Shown in pieces: positions 47,015-51,836 of a stretch of DNA of 51,836 nt. This DNA comes from Sphingomonas sp. GTDB taxonomy: Bacteria; Pseudomonadota; Alphaproteobacteria; Sphingomonadales; Sphingomonadaceae. The notes beneath the pieces are model-generated. The model saw only the letters and a program-made list of their open reading frames with translations. It ran no database searches and was not told where the DNA came from. The first letter of the stretch is position 1. Every line of letters starts with the position of its first letter. The stretch covers positions 1 through 51,836 of the forward strand of contig JANMKS010000139.1 of the NCBI GenBank assembly GCA_031372155.1, written 5' to 3'. Made by a program: the position numbers and the translations under genes.

Positions 47015-48031
47015 TCAAAAACGAGGAGTTTGTGATTCCTGGCGAAGAGGATGACGGCGGAATGTTTCGCGCCAATATCCGCACGACCACCCCATGTGCA
47101 TCAGCATAGCTGCAAAACCCGCGCCGAGGACGCACACATCGCGAGCGCGCACCGACAATCCAACCCCGACGAACAAAGCAGATGCAGCCCACGTCACAAG
47201 GGGCAAAGCCAGAAACATACCGCATGATGCGAACGGCAGCGATAGTAACGCGATGAGTGCCAGGAGACCCGCAGGCATCACTCCCAAAGGAAGCGCCTGT
47301 CGCAGCTTTAGCGTTTGGTTGTGCTTTGCACCCGTCCGCGCCCGTCCCATCCCATAGCGGAAATACTGTCTGAAGAGCGCTCCGGGTCCCGATCTCGGGA
47401 AATAGATCACGGCCGCTTGCCCTTCGAGCCAGATGCGGCCACCTGCAGCCCCGAGGCGCACGTCGAGCTCCGCATCTTCGTTATGCGAGAAGTTATCGTC
47501 ATAGCCGCCGATCTTTCGAAAGCTACTCAGTCGAAACAGGGCATGATGGCCGTGATCGACAAACAAGCCTTCACTCGCGTTTCGATGCACCGCTCCGCCG
47601 TTGCCCAGCAGTGAATTTTGTGCCGCCGCCGCAGCCCGTTGAAAACAGGATTTTCCCTTCGTGATCATTGGCACGACGACGCTGTCGGCTTCGCGAGAGA
47701 TTGCTGCGTCGATCAGAATCCGGATGAAGTGCGCCGGATAGAGGCAGTGGGCGTCGACCCGCACCAGCCAATCGCGTTCTCCCGCGTAACGCGCGACGGC
47801 TAGGTTGATACCCGCCGCCTGAATGCGCTTGGGATTTTCCAGAATCGTAATATCTTGCGCCTCGTTTGCAGCTTTTCGCGCAATAGCTCTGCTGGTATCG
47901 GTGCTTCCGCCGTCGGCGACGATGATCAAAGCGCCCGGTGCCTCGCGCCGAAACTGGTCAAGCAAGCGAGCAAGATTGGCTTCTTCGTTCAAGCACGGGA
48001 TTACGATCAGAACATCAGAGAAATCGGCCAT
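47015..48031 (-). CDS. exoA: Glucosyltransferase, ExoA-like
   Basis: LIVIPCLNE, ADGGSTD, NPKRIQAA, RVDAH, SVVVPM, AQNSLLGNGG, HGHHAL, FSHNEDAELD, QYFRYG.GRA. Confidence 0.92.
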   Translation of the reverse strand: MADFSDVLIVIPCLNEEANLARLLDQFRREAPGALIIVADGGSTDTSRAIARKAANEAQDITILENPKRIQAAGINLAVARYAGERDWLVRVDAHCLYPAHFIRILIDAAISREADSVVVPMITKGKSCFQRAAAAAQNSLLGNGGAVHRNASEGLFVDHGHHALFRLSSFRKIGGYDDNFSHNEDAELDVRLGAAGGRIWLEGQAAVIYFPRSGPGALFRQYFRYGMGRARTGAKHNQTLKLRQALPLGVMPAGLLALIALLSLPFASCGMFLALPLVTWAASALFVGVGLSVRARDVCVLGAGFAAMLMHMGWSCGYWRETFRRHPLRQESQTPRF

Positions 48032-48160
48032 CCGTCCCTATGTCCGGCAACACAGCGAGACGCCTTTACAGCCAGCCCGGTCACACCGCCAGTCTTCAAC
48101 GGCAATTGCCAAGGGTTAACCATAAGTCCATGTAACTGCGGTCGTACGCTTGGATTTATA

Positions 48161-49027
48161 ATGGCAGGTCGCACAATCAGCCGCCGCAGGCAGGAAATCA
48201 AATCGATCGGGCTCTCGGCCTGGGCGCTGTTCGTCGCGCTGATTCTCCTATGGCAATCGGTCACCTATCGCGGCCTGATTGCATTCACCGGCGAGTGGCA
48301 ATTCGACACCTTCGGTCGCTATTATCCCACCCTCACATACGTGTTGCTGGTGGCGCTTCTGACATCGCCGGCGTTGCTGGTATTCCGTCGCCCGCGTCGT
48401 CGGCCGGAGGAGCGGCGACACACCGCCACGCTTCGCTCGGCCCTGATCTTTCAGCGGGTGATGTTCGGGGCGGCTGCCTTTCTGGCGGCCACGGCGGCGA
48501 TTTCGCTTTTTGCCATGGCGTTTCTTCCAAACGACCGGGGGCCGATTCAGGTCATCACGCTCGACAGTCCCCCGCTTACGCAACCGAGGGAAGGCGCAAC
48601 CACGTTGTCGGGTTCCATACTGTATGTTCGTACTGCTGCATTCGACGAGGATCTCGTCGTCGCGCGTCACAACATGCGTTTTGCGCCCATGATTGCGCCG
48701 GGTGACGACGGGCACGACCTTCAATACTTCGTCGAATTGCCGCCCGTGACCGACGCGGAGTCGCGCCGCGCCGTGGTGTCGATGACCGGCATCCTGAAGC
48801 AAGGCGGTTTGCCCGGCGAAGTCATTCGTCTTTACCGTTATGCCGGGCACAGGGTCGAGAAGCCTTATTACGTCCTGTTCGCGCGACGAAGCGCGCTTTG
48901 GTGGCCGTATTTGCAAGTCGCTGCGCAGTTTGGGCTGGGAGCTGTCGGGTTCCTGCTGATCGCCCTGTGGCAGCGCCGACGAAAAGCGCGGATGACGCAC
49001 GCACAACCGGACGCTAAACACGCTTAA
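48161..49027 (+). CDS. Hypothetical membrane protein
   Basis: ATG 48161 lies outside exoA; about 4 TM segments with a soluble domain before the last. No family recognised. Confidence 0.65.
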   Translation: MAGRTISRRRQEIKSIGLSAWALFVALILLWQSVTYRGLIAFTGEWQFDTFGRYYPTLTYVLLVALLTSPALLVFRRPRRRPEERRHTATLRSALIFQRVMFGAAAFLAATAAISLFAMAFLPNDRGPIQVITLDSPPLTQPREGATTLSGSILYVRTAAFDEDLVVARHNMRFAPMIAPGDDGHDLQYFVELPPVTDAESRRAVVSMTGILKQGGLPGEVIRLYRYAGHRVEKPYYVLFARRSALWWPYLQVAAQFGLGAVGFLLIALWQRRRKARMTHAQPDAKHA

Positions 49028-49086
49028 CGGGCAAGAAACCCTTTCAGGATACCGTATTTAGACATCGGCACCCTAGTCCCGAGGCC

Positions 49087-49596
49087 ATGGCGCTTCGTCT
49101 AATTCTTGTGCTGACATCGGCCCTGTCGATCCCGGTCGGCAGTGTGTGGGCAGACACCACCGCACAACACCGCGCGGCCGCTAACTATGCATTCCCAACT
49201 TCGCCGCTTTCCACCGGAGCGGCCGCAACGAAGCCATCTTCGTCCAGTTTCACGCAGGCCGACGATGGGCTGTTCTACGTAGAAGCTCAGGTCAACGGGC
49301 ATCCGGTCAAGTTTGTCGTCGATAGCGGTGCCAGCGTTGTGGTACTGACCAAGGGGGATGCAGCCCGCGTCGGCGCAAGAAGTTCGGCAACAGGGGCATC
49401 ACAAATCGAAACCGCAGGCGGCGCATCCAACATGCGCTGGACCAGATTGCACCGAGTAACGATTGCCGGTCAGACCGTCGACGATGTCGATGCTGCGGTC
49501 GTCGATTCCGAATTGCCCGTTTCACTGATGGGGCAGAGCCTGTTGTCCCGGCTCCAGTCCGTCACCTTTCGGGGATCAAGCTTGCAGTTGAACTGA
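49087..49596 (+). CDS. Secreted retropepsin-like (clan AA) aspartic protease
   Basis: GAGG RBS, signal peptide, DGLFYV...VNG..V.FVVDSGAS, TAGG, SLMGQSLL. Confidence 0.9.
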   Translation: MALRLILVLTSALSIPVGSVWADTTAQHRAAANYAFPTSPLSTGAAATKPSSSSFTQADDGLFYVEAQVNGHPVKFVVDSGASVVVLTKGDAARVGARSSATGASQIETAGGASNMRWTRLHRVTIAGQTVDDVDAAVVDSELPVSLMGQSLLSRLQSVTFRGSSLQLN

Positions 49597-50205
49597 TCCC
49601 GTTCGCCGCAACAGGCGCAGAACGCTGCCGATACCGAAAAAGCCGAGCAGCATCATTCCCCAGGAGGCCGGCTCCGGAACCGCAGGTACTATCACCCCTC
49701 CCGAGCTAGTTCCCGGAGCCGGATCGCCGCTGCTTGTTGTCGGACTCAACGTTCCACCCGGTCCGAAGCTGAGCGGAGCCGGCGACGGCACGAATGCCGC
49801 TTGCGAAAATCCCGGGCCAGAACCCGACGCAGGAGAATAGTCTGGAGTGAACCCGCCCGTCGTAAAGGGAAGCCCGTCGCCACCACCTACGGCAGAAGGC
49901 GAAGACGCGGATCGCGGCAACGAACCGAACGATGCTGGCGGTCCCGAAGGGCGGCGCGCACGTGCGAAATAGGCACGGGGTGGACCGCGCGGCACGACGT
50001 CATACCCAAAATCCTGTGCAAATTCGATCGGCGGCGTTGGAATGATTGCCGCAAAGGCCTTTGGCGCGTCGGGAAACGGCGTTATGAAAAGCGCGCGTTC
50101 GTTGCGCGGCAGCAGTCCGGCCATCAGAGCAATTGCCACAGCTCCAAGCGCGGCCGCTTGCTGGCGCCGGTGGTTCTGGCGATAGAAATCAGCTGACCCG
50201 TTCAC
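49576..50205 (-). CDS. PEP-CTERM (PEPxxWA-type) sorting-domain protein with Pro/Ser/Gly-rich body
   Basis: C-terminal AVPEPASWGMMLLGFFGIGSVLRLLRR; N-terminal hydrophobic segment; GTG start after an AGGA RBS (start uncertain). Confidence 0.85.
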   Translation of the reverse strand: MNGSADFYRQNHRRQQAAALGAVAIALMAGLLPRNERALFITPFPDAPKAFAAIIPTPPIEFAQDFGYDVVPRGPPRAYFARARRPSGPPASFGSLPRSASSPSAVGGGDGLPFTTGGFTPDYSPASGSGPGFSQAAFVPSPAPLSFGPGGTLSPTTSSGDPAPGTSSGGVIVPAVPEPASWGMMLLGFFGIGSVLRLLRRTGSVQLQA

Positions 50206-50363
50206 AGTAAGCTTCCTATAGATGTGACAAACCGCGAATAAAATACGAATTCCGCGGCCCAAGTCGCGAAACGGGATAGACCGAGATTCTACACGCGCTG
50301 TCTGCTTGCACCTCTCGCCGGAGCGCGCCAAGCAGGGCACGGGAGTTGCGCGTGAGTCAAAAC

Positions 50364-51014
50364 ATGAAGAGCCGCGTTTCAAGGCACGTCCTTGCAATCA
50401 CAGCCGCGGTCGCCGTCGCCGGATGCAGCGCCATCGCGACACCCGATAACGATCGCGACAGGATCTTTGAGCAGCTTGCCCAGGTTCTGACGTCGGACGG
50501 CAAGACGGCATGCATCGACAGCACCACGAGAGGGGAGCCGCTCGCGATCTTTCGCACCATGATGGTGGCCCCCGACCCTGCGCGACGACCACTTGCGTGG
50601 AGCGTGCCTGGACCGCTGCGTCCACCACAAGGCCTGTCAAGCAAGCAGATGTTCGACGACGAGTTTCGCTCCGGTCGCGTGCTCCTTACCGAGCCTGGCG
50701 GCAAGTCCAATGCACTGCCCGCGATCGAGCAGGCGCAATATAACACGGCAGCGCGAGCACTTTCGGCGTTCCAGACCGCATCGCACGTGACGGTCCCCGA
50801 CTTCCGCTCCGCTCCGCTAGCAAGATCGCGGTGGTGGCCCTTCAATCGCTTCTCGCCGGGTTGTCATCCTTATTTCACCGTGTCCGACATCATCATGGGC
50901 AAGGATATTGCCTTTGTATCGGTCACTGGAGGGCATTGGGGTACGACGTACGCATTTCGAAAACAGGCCGAGGCATGGACGCCGGCCGCGCAGTGGACGA
51001 ACTGGTTGTACTGA
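50364..51014 (+). CDS. Hypothetical lipoprotein
   Basis: Basic N-terminus, hydrophobic stretch and lipobox VAGC. An in-frame GTG at 50352 after GGGAG is an alternative start. Confidence 0.7.
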   Translation: MKSRVSRHVLAITAAVAVAGCSAIATPDNDRDRIFEQLAQVLTSDGKTACIDSTTRGEPLAIFRTMMVAPDPARRPLAWSVPGPLRPPQGLSSKQMFDDEFRSGRVLLTEPGGKSNALPAIEQAQYNTAARALSAFQTASHVTVPDFRSAPLARSRWWPFNRFSPGCHPYFTVSDIIMGKDIAFVSVTGGHWGTTYAFRKQAEAWTPAAQWTNWLY

Positions 51015-51026
51015 CGCGCGGCGGGG

Positions 51027-51836
51027 TCAGTCGAAGAGTTTCTGCAATGCGCCGGACTCGAGCGGCAGACACTGCGCCGTGTTGCTGCGGTTCATCTGCT
51101 GACAGTTCCAAAAGATGCTTTCCGACGACTTGTCATCCTTCGCATAGATGAAGCTTAAGGCAGCGCGCTGCGCGGAATTGACCGGCAGTGCGACGGCCAT
51201 CTGTTTGGGATCGCGCCAGCCGAACACCTTGCAAGGAACTTTATCCTTGCAGATCGCCAATGCGGCAGTGGCATAGCTTCCGGCAAACGCGGCCGGATCG
51301 AGCTGCATGAAGTAACGATGATCGCTGGGCGATTGCTGGCCTCGCACCAAGCTGCCGCGCAATGACTTTTCGCGAACGCCGTCGAGCACGAGCGGTGCCG
51401 TGGTCGGAGCCAGCGTCAAGGCAATCGGCGGCACGTCTTCCGGTACGACCGGGGTGATGTCGGGCGCGCCCAAATGAAACGGCGATAACCGCGCAAGCGC
51501 CGCAACGGTGGGTTCGCCGCCCCCGCTGCCCGATCCGAATGCGCGTGGTGTTCCCCAGTATCCGCGCCAGGTATAGAATATATGTGTTCGAACTTTCGTC
51601 AGCTTCGTGAGCGAATCTGCCCAGTAAGGCACGACCCAGTCGGTATGATAATGGGTGGCATTCCCGACCGCCGCATACACCTGCCCCGCCAGCATAACCT
51701 GAGCCAGCGCCAGTGCACGTTTCCAAGCGACATCAGAAGGCGTGCGCTTTAAAGCGCCGTCGCAGCTGAACGTGAACTGGCACCCCGTCGTGCGCTCCGA
51801 TCCCTGGAAAACGACGCCGCAGACTGTGCGTGCGAA
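51027..51836 (-). CDS. SleB-like cell wall hydrolase (Hydrolase_2), 5'-truncated
   Basis: Frame open to the window end: FARTVCGVVFQGSERTTGCQFTFSCDG...ATHYHTDWVVPYW...HIFY. Confidence 0.9.
   Translation of the reverse strand, partial: FARTVCGVVFQGSERTTGCQFTFSCDGALKRTPSDVAWKRALALAQVMLAGQVYAAVGNATHYHTDWVVPYWADSLTKLTKVRTHIFYTWRGYWGTPRAFGSGSGGGEPTVAALARLSPFHLGAPDITPVVPEDVPPIALTLAPTTAPLVLDGVREKSLRGSLVRGQQSPSDHRYFMQLDPAAFAGSYATAALAICKDKVPCKVFGWRDPKQMAVALPVNSAQRAALSFIYAKDDKSSESIFWNCQQMNRSNTAQCLPLESGALQKLFD

Noticed and set aside
47855-48160. N-terminal extension of the 390-aa ORF
   Set aside because: It overlaps exoA antisense and the promoter region. ATG 48161 is more plausible.
50335-50349. GGGCACGGGAGTTGC as a sigma54 -24/-12 promoter
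   Set aside because: Good GG-N10-GC spacing, but it faces away from the PEP-CTERM gene, and its GGGAG is equally explained as the RBS for GTG 50352. Undecidable without TSS data.
1-51836. CRISPR arrays, IS elements, integrases, prophage or defence genes, riboswitches
   Set aside because: No repeat-spacer periodicity and no transposase, integrase or phage motifs were seen. Intergenic gaps are short (about 200 bp or less) with no RNA motif I recognise; an Rfam scan would be needed to exclude small RNAs.

Overview
GC-rich, coding-dense alphaproteobacterial window, most likely Sphingomonadaceae. This is inferred from the dxs-tlyA-tspO-ubiK-ybjN-proC and marR-ilvE gene order and a PEPxxWA-type CTERM protein. 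It has three blocks. (1) 2379-17938: an 11-gene, mostly translationally coupled operon with a lipid-linked glycosylation core (DPM-like GT2, UPF0104 flippase-like protein, ArnT/PMT-like GT-C). It also carries an unusual set of tailoring enzymes: FAD oxidoreductase, deacetylase, SAM methyltransferase, pyruvyltransferase, GT4, CmoA-like protein, GMC oxidase, and a 2OG-Fe(II) dioxygenase fused to a Rieske [2Fe-2S] domain. A clan-A glycoside hydrolase and a second GT-C-like gene follow; the latter ORF runs antisense through a whole tRNA-Gln(UUG). (2) 17984-27016: housekeeping genes (ilvE, MarR, proC, YbjN, UbiK, TspO, tlyA, dxs, Zur-like) plus a TonB-dependent receptor. (3) 27056-48031: a rearranged succinoglycan-like (exo) EPS cluster with exoA/L/M/O/U/W/K/P-like genes, Wzy, Wzx and Wza. 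It lacks exoY/exoV/exoH but adds four GTs, an FkbM methyltransferase, a degenerate acyltransferase-3 and EpsD/beta-barrel genes. An aspartic protease, a PEP-CTERM protein, a lipoprotein and a partial SleB-type hydrolase follow. No CRISPR, IS, integrase or rRNA was seen. All assignments come from motif recognition by eye; no database searches were run.
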